DNA from: Polyangiaceae bacterium
GTDB taxonomy: Bacteria; Myxococcota_A; Polyangia; Polyangiales; Polyangiaceae
NCBI GenBank assembly: GCA_965222375.1
Contig: CBDCTZ010000008.1
Location: 454,514-518,513 of the forward strand
Reading direction: 5' to 3'
DNA length: 64,000 bases
Part shown: positions 28,613 to 37,981 of the stretch, piece after piece
Layout: each line of letters opens with the position of its first letter
Numbering within the stretch: the stretch's first letter is position 1
Made by a program: the position numbers and the translations under genes
The notes under the pieces: generated by a model
What the model was told of the DNA's origin: nothing
Databases searched by the model: none
The model's input: only the letters and a program-made list of their open reading frames with translations

Positions 28613-30096
28613 CTGGCTCGAGTCCACCACAGCCCGAGCCCGCCCGCGCTCCGCTGGCAGCCCGACTGAAGAACCTGCTGCCACGCGGCGGCTTCGCCCG
28701 CGCCGTGGCGATCGTCAGCGGCGGCACGGCCATCGGCCAGATCCTCACCATCGTCGCCTCGCCGTTGTTGTCACGCCTCTACGTGCCGGCAGACTTTGGC
28801 ACGCTGGCGCTCTATGCAGCTCCAGCTGGCATCATCGCCATGGTCGGTGGCCTTGCCTATCAGCTAGCAGTCCCGGTGCCGGAGGATGACGAAGGTGCCG
28901 TCAATGTCCTGGCCCTGTCACTGGCCGCGTTCATAGCCACGGCCGGGCTAGGTGCGCTCGCGCTACTCGTTTTCTACGACCGACTAGTAGCGTGGCATCG
29001 CTTGGCTCCTCTGTCGTGGCTGCTTTGGCTGATCCCACTTGGTGGCCTGGGCATCGGATCCTTTGAAGCACTTTCCCAGTGGGCGGTTCGCAGGAGGTCG
29101 TTCGGAACTCTTGCAAAAACGAGCGTGGCGCGGGCGTCCGGGCAACTCGTCATACAGAGCGGATGGGGGCTATGGGCGCCGAGCGCGACGGGGCTGGTCG
29201 TCGGGCAACTGGCCGGGCAGTGGCTGGGAACCATCACTCTATTGCGTTTGGCTTGGCGGCACTTCAAACACGTTAGCTTGCGGCGTGTTGTCGCGGTCGC
29301 CAAACGCTACCGTCGTTTTCCCCTGTTGACGCTTCCCGAAGTCACGATCAACGCGGTCAGCTACTTCGCGCCGCCTCTGCTGCTTGCATTTTTTTTTGGC
29401 TCGTCCGTCTTGGGCTTCTATGCGTTGCAGGACCGAGTTACCCAGGTACCGATTCGACTCGTCGGCTCGTCGGCTCAGCGAGTCTTTTTCTCTTCAGCCG
29501 CCGAAGCAAGTCGCGAAAATCGTCTCGCCGAACTCACGCGCACAGTGTTCGGTCAAATGCTCGACCTTGGCGTGCCTTTTGTCGCACTGCTGGCCGCGGC
29601 AGCACCAAGCGCGTTTTCGATAATCTTCGGCGACCCATGGCGTGAAGCAGGGGTGTACGCTCAGTGGCTCTGCATCCGCACGGCGCTGACGATGGTCGTC
29701 TTCCCCCTGACTCCGCTGGTGTACGTGCTGGAAAAGCAGTGGGCGGGCACTGCCTTCCAAGGCGTGCTTCTGGTGTGTCGCGTCGGCCCCATCATCGCGG
29801 GAGGCCTCATGGGATCTCCTCGGACGGCCATCGCGCTCAGCGGCGTATGCATAGGCGTGGCCTGGGTGCTGTACCTGGTGTTCCTCACGCGCCTCAGCGG
29901 GAACCGCGTGTTGACCATGCTCGCCCCTGCCGCCAGAAGTCTGCTCTACGCAGCTGCCTTGACGAGCCCACTATTGGTCGTCCGCCTATTCGCGTGGGGC
30001 GACCTGGCTATTACGGCAACAGCGGCACTTCTCGGCACAGTCGCCTTGATTGTACTGGTGCGCAAACGCAAGAGGCCTCAGCCAAATCCAGCGTGA
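28609..30096 (+). CDS. wzx: Wzx-type oligosaccharide flippase
   Basis: Start ATG 28609 (ATGA overlap); GGTAIGQ..IVASPLLSRLY.PADFG, KRYRRFP, FGDPWREAG; about 12-14 TM. Confidence 0.85.
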   Translation: MTGSSPPQPEPARAPLAARLKNLLPRGGFARAVAIVSGGTAIGQILTIVASPLLSRLYVPADFGTLALYAAPAGIIAMVGGLAYQLAVPVPEDDEGAVNVLALSLAAFIATAGLGALALLVFYDRLVAWHRLAPLSWLLWLIPLGGLGIGSFEALSQWAVRRRSFGTLAKTSVARASGQLVIQSGWGLWAPSATGLVVGQLAGQWLGTITLLRLAWRHFKHVSLRRVVAVAKRYRRFPLLTLPEVTINAVSYFAPPLLLAFFFGSSVLGFYALQDRVTQVPIRLVGSSAQRVFFSSAAEASRENRLAELTRTVFGQMLDLGVPFVALLAAAAPSAFSIIFGDPWREAGVYAQWLCIRTALTMVVFPLTPLVYVLEKQWAGTAFQGVLLVCRVGPIIAGGLMGSPRTAIALSGVCIGVAWVLYLVFLTRLSGNRVLTMLAPAARSLLYAAALTSPLLVVRLFAWGDLAITATAALLGTVALIVLVRKRKRPQPNPA

Positions 30097-30165
30097 TTCC
30101 ATCTACCTCGAAACGCAATGCGTACGCTAGACTGCGCCGTCCCCGCCATATAGGACTTCGACAGG

Positions 30166-30846
30166 ATGCTGACAGACAGAAAGTTCTTAGCGGCCCGCTA
30201 CTGGTCGAACCGAGAGATCGCCAAGCTGGCGCCCCTGTTTAGGGGCAGTGTGGTCAACGTCTCTGGCTGGGACGACCGCGACAAGGAAGGCCGCCGGTAT
30301 CGGGACTACTTTGGCGGTGCCAACGAGTATCACCGGACCAATTATACGGGCCACCGGGGGTTTTCCGGAGACGCGGATGAAGTAGAACTCGACCTCACAG
30401 AGGATCTGCGCAGCGAACTCAGACAGCGCTATGACGTGGTGTTCAACCACACAACGCTGGAGCACATCTTCGAAACCCGCAAGGCGTTCGCCAACATGTG
30501 CGCCATGTCCCGGGACGTGGTTTTCGTCGTTGTTCCGTTCAGCCAAGTGCAACACGAGAGCGATTCCTACGGTGACTACTGGCGCTTCACCCCGTCCTGC
30601 ATGCGCAAAATGATGAAGGAAAACGGACTAGAAGTGATCTACGAGTCCGAGAGCCCAGTTCGAGATGCCGCGATCTACCTGATCTGCGTTGGCGCGAAAG
30701 ACCCAGAGAAACACAGGCGTCGCATGCCGAAGCACAAGCCCATTCGCGCCGCGGGCAATTGGATCGGAGCGAGCCTCTTGATCTCGACGGTACAGTTCGT
30801 GTCTCACCGCACCAGGCGCCTACTCGGCGTGGCTGAAAAGCCGTGA
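30166..30846 (+). CDS. Methyltransferase-like protein
   Basis: YDVVFNHTTLEHIF, VVPFSQVQH...DYWRFT, a pattern typical of methyltransferases in polysaccharide loci. Confidence 0.7.
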   Translation: MLTDRKFLAARYWSNREIAKLAPLFRGSVVNVSGWDDRDKEGRRYRDYFGGANEYHRTNYTGHRGFSGDADEVELDLTEDLRSELRQRYDVVFNHTTLEHIFETRKAFANMCAMSRDVVFVVVPFSQVQHESDSYGDYWRFTPSCMRKMMKENGLEVIYESESPVRDAAIYLICVGAKDPEKHRRRMPKHKPIRAAGNWIGASLLISTVQFVSHRTRRLLGVAEKP

Positions 30847-30849
30847 TCC

Positions 30850-32106
30850 ATGGTGGACGAGATCAACATCCAGTCGTTCTTGCGGCTCGGATACTTCATC
30901 GACTTCGACGAAGTATGGCAACCCATCGATTTTTCGAGAATTGATACTCAGGCCTACGCAGACGCGGATACAGAAGACCTCATCCGCCTTGGCATCGAGA
31001 AGTTTCGGGATTCCATTGACGCACTCTTTGACGCCAATGGCGACCACGTCGTTCCGATCAGTGGTGGATTCGACAGCCGGTTGATCCTGGGCGCCCTGCT
31101 CGAGCGCACCGCAGCCAAGAACGTCCAGACGTACACCTTTGGCGTGCCTGGGTGCTATGACTTCGAACTTGGCAGTCAAATAGCGCAGGTGGTGGGAACG
31201 CGCCATCACGCGTTTTCTTTCCCACATCTGAACTACCATCGAGATGAACTGCTCGACGTCGCCAACCGAACTGGAAGGCAGGCTGTACTATTTCACCACC
31301 CCCCGGTCTGGACGCTTGATCGGCTGCTAGCGGGCGCTGACATCTGGTCAGGCTACGTTGGTGATGCAGTGGTGGGCAGCCACCTCCACGACCCACCCTC
31401 CGCAACCCTCGATGAGGCAAAGCGCGTGCACCTTCGAGGCCGCACTTTCGTCCGCTCGACAAAGCTCTATCGCGCGGAGGAGAACGAATTCGTCCCGCGA
31501 ATGGGGGGTGGGCGACAGGATCCACGTCAGCTCAGCTGGGATGAGCAAGTGCTGTTCGATGAGGCTGTCGCGAAGTTCACGGCGCCGTTGGTGTTGTTCA
31601 AGGGGTTCAGGTACCTCACGCCGTTGATCAACTCCCCGTGGATGGACTTCATGTTCAGCGTACCGGCCAAGCACCGCCTCGGCGAGCGCCTGATGCTACA
31701 GATCGCGCGCCGTGCCTACACAACGCTATTCGATTTACCCTCCAAGAACCGGCTGGGCCACGGCTTTGCTGCTTCGGACAGGCGTGTTCGGCTGAAGTTC
31801 TGGACGAACCGTGCGCGCAAGCTGGCGCACCAGTTCTTCCCTGCTGTCAACTACCCAAACCATCAATACAACGACTTCAACGAGGCCCTTCGCTCGAGCC
31901 CCACCGCGCGGTCGCTGGTCCAAGGCTGCATCTCGGATCTACGCAGGCGCGGTGTCATCGACTGGATTGACGTCGACAGCCTGTGGCAGCGCCACGATGC
32001 CCGGGTGGCCAATCACGCGGACGCGCTTATCGTATTGGCATCTCTGGAACTCGTGCTCTGCGCCCGAGAATCTCGGGAGCAGCCAAATAGAGCAACCGGC
32101 CCTTGA
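30850..32106 (+). CDS. Asparagine-synthase-related PP-loop protein (no glutaminase domain)
   Basis: PISGGFDSR, YTFG, SGYVGD; only about 65 aa precede the PP-loop. Confidence 0.8.
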   Translation: MVDEINIQSFLRLGYFIDFDEVWQPIDFSRIDTQAYADADTEDLIRLGIEKFRDSIDALFDANGDHVVPISGGFDSRLILGALLERTAAKNVQTYTFGVPGCYDFELGSQIAQVVGTRHHAFSFPHLNYHRDELLDVANRTGRQAVLFHHPPVWTLDRLLAGADIWSGYVGDAVVGSHLHDPPSATLDEAKRVHLRGRTFVRSTKLYRAEENEFVPRMGGGRQDPRQLSWDEQVLFDEAVAKFTAPLVLFKGFRYLTPLINSPWMDFMFSVPAKHRLGERLMLQIARRAYTTLFDLPSKNRLGHGFAASDRRVRLKFWTNRARKLAHQFFPAVNYPNHQYNDFNEALRSSPTARSLVQGCISDLRRRGVIDWIDVDSLWQRHDARVANHADALIVLASLELVLCARESREQPNRATGP

Positions 32107-32166
32107 CGGGCTGCCGACCTGCTAGCGCATATGCCCCTCGGTACCCAACATGATAAGGTCCACGCC

Positions 32167-33141
32167 ATGCCTAGGCCGCGTGGGGTGGAAGCACTGATGC
32201 TCGGGGTGGTGGTGGCGTCCTGCTCGTTGGACGAGTTCGGCGATGCCAACCCAGTCGGTCCGGATGCGTCATCCACGGGTGGCGTATTCACCGGCGGCAA
32301 CTCGGGCTTCGGCGGATTCCCAGAGGCGTCGACGGGGGGCACCGGCGGAAGCTCTGACGCGAATACGGGTGGGGTGAGCGCGACAGGCGGTATCGCGGGA
32401 TCCGACAGCGGCACCGATGGCGGCGGCGTGGATGGAGGAGGGGGCACCGGCGGCGCGCCAGTGTGGACGCCTAAGAAAATCGCCAACTGCGTGATTTGGC
32501 TCGACGCGGATGATGCAAGCACCCTGAATGTGAGCGGGACGAGCGTCACTGAGTGGACGAGCAAGTGCGGCGCAACGTCAGTCACTGCAGCGGTACCTAA
32601 GGCGCCGCAACACGTGATCGTTGGCGGCAAGCCCGTCGTGCAATGCAATGGCACCAGCGATGAGCTCCTCTTCAAGGGCACGCCGGTTCAAGCAACCAGC
32701 TACACGGCCTTCTTCGTCATCGACAAGAACGTCGTGGACGAGGAGATGCCCCTTTGGAGTAACCGCAACCTAGCCCCGCCTCCAAGCGGCTCCGTCACGT
32801 ACCTCGGGCACAACATGCACAACAACTTGTACCTGTACCAAGACAAGGCGAGCACCAAAGTGTTGCGGACCGTCGGACTTGCCGTCCCCACCTCGACGCC
32901 CATGCTTTTCGAGCTGGCGGTCACCCCAAGCAAGCGTGAGCTCGCGCACAACGGGACCGTGGAGGGGTCCGATACTGCGACATCGACCGCAACAACGCTG
33001 GCAGGAACGCTGTGTTTCGATCTCCCCAAAAACGAATATGGAAGCTACAATCTGCGAGAAATCATTGCGTACGACCGTGCCCTTGTTGAAGCAGAACGCG
33101 ATAAAGTTCGAACGGAGCTCAAGCTCAAGTGGGGGTTCTAA
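32167..33141 (+). CDS. Gly-rich lipoprotein with ConA/LamG-like domain
   Basis: LGVVVAS-C lipobox, GG linker, WLDADD..V.EW, EIIAYDRAL...ELKLKWG. Confidence 0.75.
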   Translation: MPRPRGVEALMLGVVVASCSLDEFGDANPVGPDASSTGGVFTGGNSGFGGFPEASTGGTGGSSDANTGGVSATGGIAGSDSGTDGGGVDGGGGTGGAPVWTPKKIANCVIWLDADDASTLNVSGTSVTEWTSKCGATSVTAAVPKAPQHVIVGGKPVVQCNGTSDELLFKGTPVQATSYTAFFVIDKNVVDEEMPLWSNRNLAPPPSGSVTYLGHNMHNNLYLYQDKASTKVLRTVGLAVPTSTPMLFELAVTPSKRELAHNGTVEGSDTATSTATTLAGTLCFDLPKNEYGSYNLREIIAYDRALVEAERDKVRTELKLKWGF

Positions 33142-33226
33142 GCGGACAGGCCAACCTGATCCGTGAAGCTCGCCGAGCTTCCGCCCGCCGGTTTCATGAC
33201 GCAACGCCCACCGCGGCGCGTGCAGC

Positions 33227-35356
33227 CTAGGGCCCAGCACGCTCGTTGAGCTGACGCCGCCGCCGAAGCCCGAGGGGGAGCAGCACTACCAGTATGAGCG
33301 CGGACGGCACGCGCTGGGAACGGCCCAGGTTGCACCCGCAGCCGCCGTCCTCAGGCGAATCTGAAGCAGGAGCCCCACCGGCGGCAGCGTCCACACCGGC
33401 GTCGCCCGAGTTCTTGTCGTCGTCGCTCACTGCGACTTGCACCTCAACGCTATCGCCCGCCCCATCACCGACGGTCACGGTGGCAGTGTCATCAACGCTA
33501 TCCGAATCCTCTGCAGCGCCAATCTTCACCGATTGCGGTTTGTCCCAGTTGGATGCGTTCAGTACGAACTGCGCCCCGGACTCGACAGCCACGTCCCCAT
33601 CTCCGCCAGTGCGCTGCGTCGTTACGGTTACCGCATGCAGCGGCTCCCCAGTCAGAGACACCAGCAGCGTGCCGCTTTCGCCCTCGACTAGCGAAAGAGC
33701 TGGAGGCGTGACCCGCAGACGTGGAGCATCGGGATCAGTGATTCGAACGACGACGTCCTGAGCCGTGAGTCCCTGCGCCGACACCCGAACCACAGCCGAG
33801 TCATCGACGGCATCCGCATCCTGCGCGCCCAGGACCGCTACGGACTTGGGTTTCATCCAGTTGCCGGAATCGAACGACAGCGAAGAACTCTGAGTCAATT
33901 GAACGTCGGGGTCGCCGCTGGCACGCGCAACCTGCACGGTTACCGGTGCAGTTGGAGCCAACGCGAGCCGCACGTGCACAAATCCGGGAACGGTTTCCGG
34001 CGTGCGCAAGTGCAGCGGCGAAACCACCAACGTCTGGCTCTTGAACACGTAGCTGGCCTTTGCGATGGGGCCTCCGTCCGCGGCGCTGCCGTAGCTGGCG
34101 TAGTAGAGGTCACCGTCCGGTCCTACAGCCATATCCGTTGGCAGCTTGTAGCTACCCCACAGATCGACCGAGACTGGCGTACCCGCCGCTCCGAGCTTGG
34201 CCCGCACCAGGTTGCCTGAAACAAAATCTCCGAAGAAGAAGTCGCCGCGATACTCCACCGGCACGGCGCTGGAGTCCCAGAAGGCGCCGCCTGTGATGGC
34301 CCGTCCGATATCCAAGGTCGTCGCGCTTCCCCCGCTGCTCGCCGCATTGGGGCCCGCCTGCTCGATGCTGAACTCAGTCGTGCTGGGCACATCGCTCACG
34401 TAGCCTGAAGTGTTGAAGGACGGGTCGCTGACACCGGAAACGCTGACCTTGGTCCCCAGCCGAAATCCGTGAGGCACGTTGGTCGAGAATACAGCCGCGC
34501 CTGCACTGCGGTTGGAATTGGCCAGTGCTCGCACCTCCGCTTGCCCGGTTCGGTAAGCGATGGTGGGTGCCAGGAACCCGACGGGTTGGTTGTTCTCGTA
34601 GTCGTCCCAGCCCGCGTTCGAGCCCGCTGTCGGTCGGAATACTTGTTCGTACTTCGTCCCGGCAACATTCACCCAAAGGCGTTCGCTGGATGGTTCAAAG
34701 GTCAGGCTGAAAGGACTCCGAAGTCCGCTCGCCCAGATATGGTCGTTGTTGGGGCCCACGCCGTCGAAGTATGGGTTGTCCGGAGGTGCACTGCCGTCCA
34801 CGTTGGCTCGGCCAATTTTCGCGCCGAGAGACGCCAAGTCGTCGTCCACTCCGAGATAGATACCGAGGTCCCCCGTAGACCAATACAGCTTTCCGTCGCC
34901 CCCGAAGCCGAGGCCACCACCGCAATGATAGGTATCTTTTGCAGGCAGGCCTGAAATGATCACGGTCTTTTCTGTGGCCGTGTTGCCGACAGCTCGGTAC
35001 CGAATGATCTGCTGCTCCACCGCGGTAACGGTCGCGAACACATAGACATATCCGTTCTGGTTGAACCCTGGGTCGAAAGCCAGCCCCAACAGGCCACACT
35101 CTGCAATCGCGTGAACCGGCGACAACGTCGCGAACGGCGTGGCCAGCACCGTCCCGTTCTCGACAATCTCGACTACGCCGTTCTGGCGCGTGACAAACAA
35201 ACGGCCAGATGCATCCGGCGCCCAGGCCATGCTCGTGATCGTCGTCTTCAGCTTCGCGAAGGGTGACTCGACGAAGCCGGGATCGGTGATGTCTGCGTTG
35301 GCGCTGCGGGCCATCAGCAGCAGGCAAAGCGCCATCGAGCCGGCGAGCTTCCTCAC
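33227..35356 (-). CDS. PQQ-dependent sugar dehydrogenase family protein with MYXO-CTERM
   Basis: Signal peptide; ECGLLGLAFDP, HCGGGLGFGGDGKLY, PPDNPY, WASGLRSPF; C-terminal EDGGCGC + TM + RRRR. Confidence 0.88.
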   Translation of the reverse strand: MRKLAGSMALCLLLMARSANADITDPGFVESPFAKLKTTITSMAWAPDASGRLFVTRQNGVVEIVENGTVLATPFATLSPVHAIAECGLLGLAFDPGFNQNGYVYVFATVTAVEQQIIRYRAVGNTATEKTVIISGLPAKDTYHCGGGLGFGGDGKLYWSTGDLGIYLGVDDDLASLGAKIGRANVDGSAPPDNPYFDGVGPNNDHIWASGLRSPFSLTFEPSSERLWVNVAGTKYEQVFRPTAGSNAGWDDYENNQPVGFLAPTIAYRTGQAEVRALANSNRSAGAAVFSTNVPHGFRLGTKVSVSGVSDPSFNTSGYVSDVPSTTEFSIEQAGPNAASSGGSATTLDIGRAITGGAFWDSSAVPVEYRGDFFFGDFVSGNLVRAKLGAAGTPVSVDLWGSYKLPTDMAVGPDGDLYYASYGSAADGGPIAKASYVFKSQTLVVSPLHLRTPETVPGFVHVRLALAPTAPVTVQVARASGDPDVQLTQSSSLSFDSGNWMKPKSVAVLGAQDADAVDDSAVVRVSAQGLTAQDVVVRITDPDAPRLRVTPPALSLVEGESGTLLVSLTGEPLHAVTVTTQRTGGDGDVAVESGAQFVLNASNWDKPQSVKIGAAEDSDSVDDTATVTVGDGAGDSVEVQVAVSDDDKNSGDAGVDAAAGGAPASDSPEDGGCGCNLGRSQRVPSALILVVLLPLGLRRRRQLNERAGP

Positions 35357-35568
35357 TGGGGTAGTAAGCCCCGGATTCGACGCATCGACAAGGTTCAGGA
35401 CCGACTAGGTCTACCCGGAAGCGCCCGGCGGTTGGGCCCCTTTGCGACCTCGATGCCTTGTGTTAACCAGCCTGAATCAGGGATGCCGCCGCGCAACCAA
35501 CCGGCCCGTGCTCTCGCCGAGTTACCCGAGGCGCCCGCCTCTTTCGAACCACTGCTGAATCCAAAATC

Positions 35569-36351
35569 ATGCTTCTCAAGGCCAAGACCTTCCTAAAGTC
35601 GAGGTTGCCTCGTCCCGTCTACGAGGGGCTCCGGCTCGCGAAAAACCCTCAGGATCTAAAGAGTGCGCTTCGCTTCGCGACGAGCGCCGATCTCCAGGTT
35701 CCGATGGCTACGCGGCTCAATGTGCTGCGCCGAATGTTTCGCACGACCTTTTCTATCGAGTGTCCTCACACTCAAGAGGAGGTCCTACGTTTCATGGAAG
35801 ACATTCTGCAGCTCCCGCCCGAAGTGCCGGGCTGTGTGATTGAAGCCGGATGCTACAAAGGCGGAAGTACCGCCAAGTTCAGCCTCGCCGCGAAGTTGGC
35901 AGACCGAAAGCTGATGGTTTTCGACTCCTTTGAAGGCATTCCCGAGCATTCCGAAGACCACGGCAAGAACATCTTCGGTGACGAAGCTGCATTTCCGCCG
36001 GGCTCCTACAAGGGCGCGCTCGAAGAAGTACAATCCAACGTGGAGCGTTTCGGCGAGCCCAGCGTGTGCACCTATGTGAAGGGCTGGTTCGACGACACGC
36101 TCCCGGGCTTTGACGAGCCCGTCGCGGCAGTTTACCTGGACGTCGATTTAGCTTCGTCTACCAAGACTTGCCTCAAGTACCTCTACCCCCTCCTGCAGCC
36201 CGGTGGCGTGCTCTTCTCTCAAGACGGGCACCTGCCGCTCGTTTTGAAAGTATTTCGAGACAAGGCGTTTTGGAACGACGAACTCGGATGTGATCCGCCA
36301 GAACTCGAGGGTCTGGGTGATTCCAAACTCATTCGCCTGCGGCGATCCTGA
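35569..36351 (+). CDS. TylF/MycF/NovP-type sugar O-methyltransferase
   Basis: PGCVIEAGCYKGGS, FDSFEG, VKGWFDDTLP, LDVDL. Confidence 0.9.
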   Translation: MLLKAKTFLKSRLPRPVYEGLRLAKNPQDLKSALRFATSADLQVPMATRLNVLRRMFRTTFSIECPHTQEEVLRFMEDILQLPPEVPGCVIEAGCYKGGSTAKFSLAAKLADRKLMVFDSFEGIPEHSEDHGKNIFGDEAAFPPGSYKGALEEVQSNVERFGEPSVCTYVKGWFDDTLPGFDEPVAAVYLDVDLASSTKTCLKYLYPLLQPGGVLFSQDGHLPLVLKVFRDKAFWNDELGCDPPELEGLGDSKLIRLRRS

Positions 36352-36360
36352 CACGCGCCA

Positions 36361-37731
36361 ATGTCGCTGAAAGAGGAGGTCTATGCTCGTTGTCCGCATT
36401 GGGCGCGAGACGTGTTGGTCTCCGCGATGGGCTACCAGTTCACGCGCCAGCGGTATCGCGGCGCATATCCGACGCTTCGGCAGTTCTACGACGGCCTGCA
36501 GTTCCAGACGCTAGAGGAACAGCGCATTCTCCAAGATAGCCAAGTCAAGGCACTAGTCCACCTCGCTCGCAGCCGTTCGCCACTGTATCGAGAGCTGTAC
36601 GCGGACCAGCCCCAGGTCCGCCGCGTTGAAGATCTCGCGGGCCTTCCCGTGCTGCACAAGGACCTGTTGCGAAAGAACCTCGAAAGGCTGCGCACTGCCC
36701 CCCACGAATCGTCGCTGATTTCGATTCACACCAGCGGGACCACGGGCACTCCCATGGAGTTTTGGTTCCATCGAACTGACTTCCAAGCCCGGATGGCGAT
36801 CTTGGACAGTTGGCGGTCGTGGTTCGGCGTGGAGCACGGAATGCGCCGCGCAACGTTCTCGGGGCGGGTTGTCAAGCCGGCAGGTGATGGGTCACGTCAG
36901 TTCTGGCAGACCAACTATCCGATTCGGCAGCGACTCTACTCGAGCTACCACCTGTCCAGCGACAATCTGAACCGTTACATCGCCGATCTGAATCGCTATC
37001 GTCCCGAGTTTCTGGACGGCTATCCTTCAGCGCTGCACATTGTCGCCCGGCACATGCTCGCGAGCAGACAACGCTTTGCCTTTCGACCAAGGGCCGTGTT
37101 CGCCACTGCGGAAACTCTGACGCCGCAAGCGCGCGAGGAAATTGGCGAAGCGTTCGGCGCGCCGGTTCGAGACCAGTATGCCTCTTCCGAAGGCGCTCCA
37201 TTCATCGTGGAGTGTGAGGCAGGCGCCTATCACTTTCTGACCTACTCCGGCGTTTTGGAAATAGTCGACGAAGCCGGACGACCGAGCCAATCCGGGCGGG
37301 CGCTGTTCACGGCATTTCACACGCGCTACATGCCGCTGATTCGCTACGATATTGGCGACGAGGTTCAGCTACCCGAGCCGGGCGGCAGTTGTGAGTGCGG
37401 TCGTAGCTACCCGCTGGTACGGCGGCTCGTCGGTCGCGAGGAGGACTATCTCGTGAGCTCGACTCGAGGAAAGATCGGGCGGCTCGACCCGATCTTCAAG
37501 AAGATCCCTGCGTCCATCGTTCGGTCGCAGATTGTGCAGTCCGTCGTCGACCAGGTTGAGGTTTTGTACCAGCCGGACCCCACGCAGTTTCAGCCAGAGC
37601 ACCTGGATCAAGTCCGGCTGGAATTGACCGCGCGACTTGGCTCGCAGATGCAGATCAGATTCCGCCCTGTTGAAGAATTCACCCTGGGTGCACGGGGGAA
37701 ATTCAAGGCCGTCGTGTCAAAACTGGAGTGA
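36361..37731 (+). CDS. Phenylacetate-CoA ligase family adenylating enzyme (CapK-like)
   Basis: HTSGTTGTP, DGYPS, QYASSE, MPLIRYDIGD, GREED. Confidence 0.88.
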   Translation: MSLKEEVYARCPHWARDVLVSAMGYQFTRQRYRGAYPTLRQFYDGLQFQTLEEQRILQDSQVKALVHLARSRSPLYRELYADQPQVRRVEDLAGLPVLHKDLLRKNLERLRTAPHESSLISIHTSGTTGTPMEFWFHRTDFQARMAILDSWRSWFGVEHGMRRATFSGRVVKPAGDGSRQFWQTNYPIRQRLYSSYHLSSDNLNRYIADLNRYRPEFLDGYPSALHIVARHMLASRQRFAFRPRAVFATAETLTPQAREEIGEAFGAPVRDQYASSEGAPFIVECEAGAYHFLTYSGVLEIVDEAGRPSQSGRALFTAFHTRYMPLIRYDIGDEVQLPEPGGSCECGRSYPLVRRLVGREEDYLVSSTRGKIGRLDPIFKKIPASIVRSQIVQSVVDQVEVLYQPDPTQFQPEHLDQVRLELTARLGSQMQIRFRPVEEFTLGARGKFKAVVSKLE

Positions 37732-37981
37732 CGCAACACTGCTACACAGCAAAATCGCCGCGGTGCCGGGCGCTGAGCCTCCGGTAGTCAACCGGATTCC
37801 GGCTGCTGGCTCCGGGGGGCTAACCTTCGATTCGCCTCGGTTCTGGCGCGTTTTTTTGGGGAAATTTGGATGCACCTGCTCGGGCGCGATGCTAGGACGC
37901 GGGTCCGCTTGGGGGCGGATCGCGTGGGCTCGAATCCTGAACCCCCTCGGTGCAACGAAGACCTTGTGATGGGTTGACAAG

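Noticed and set aside
37843..37860. Sigma-54 promoter upstream of the CapD-like gene
   Set aside because: TGGCGCG is present, but there is no GC at the -12 position.
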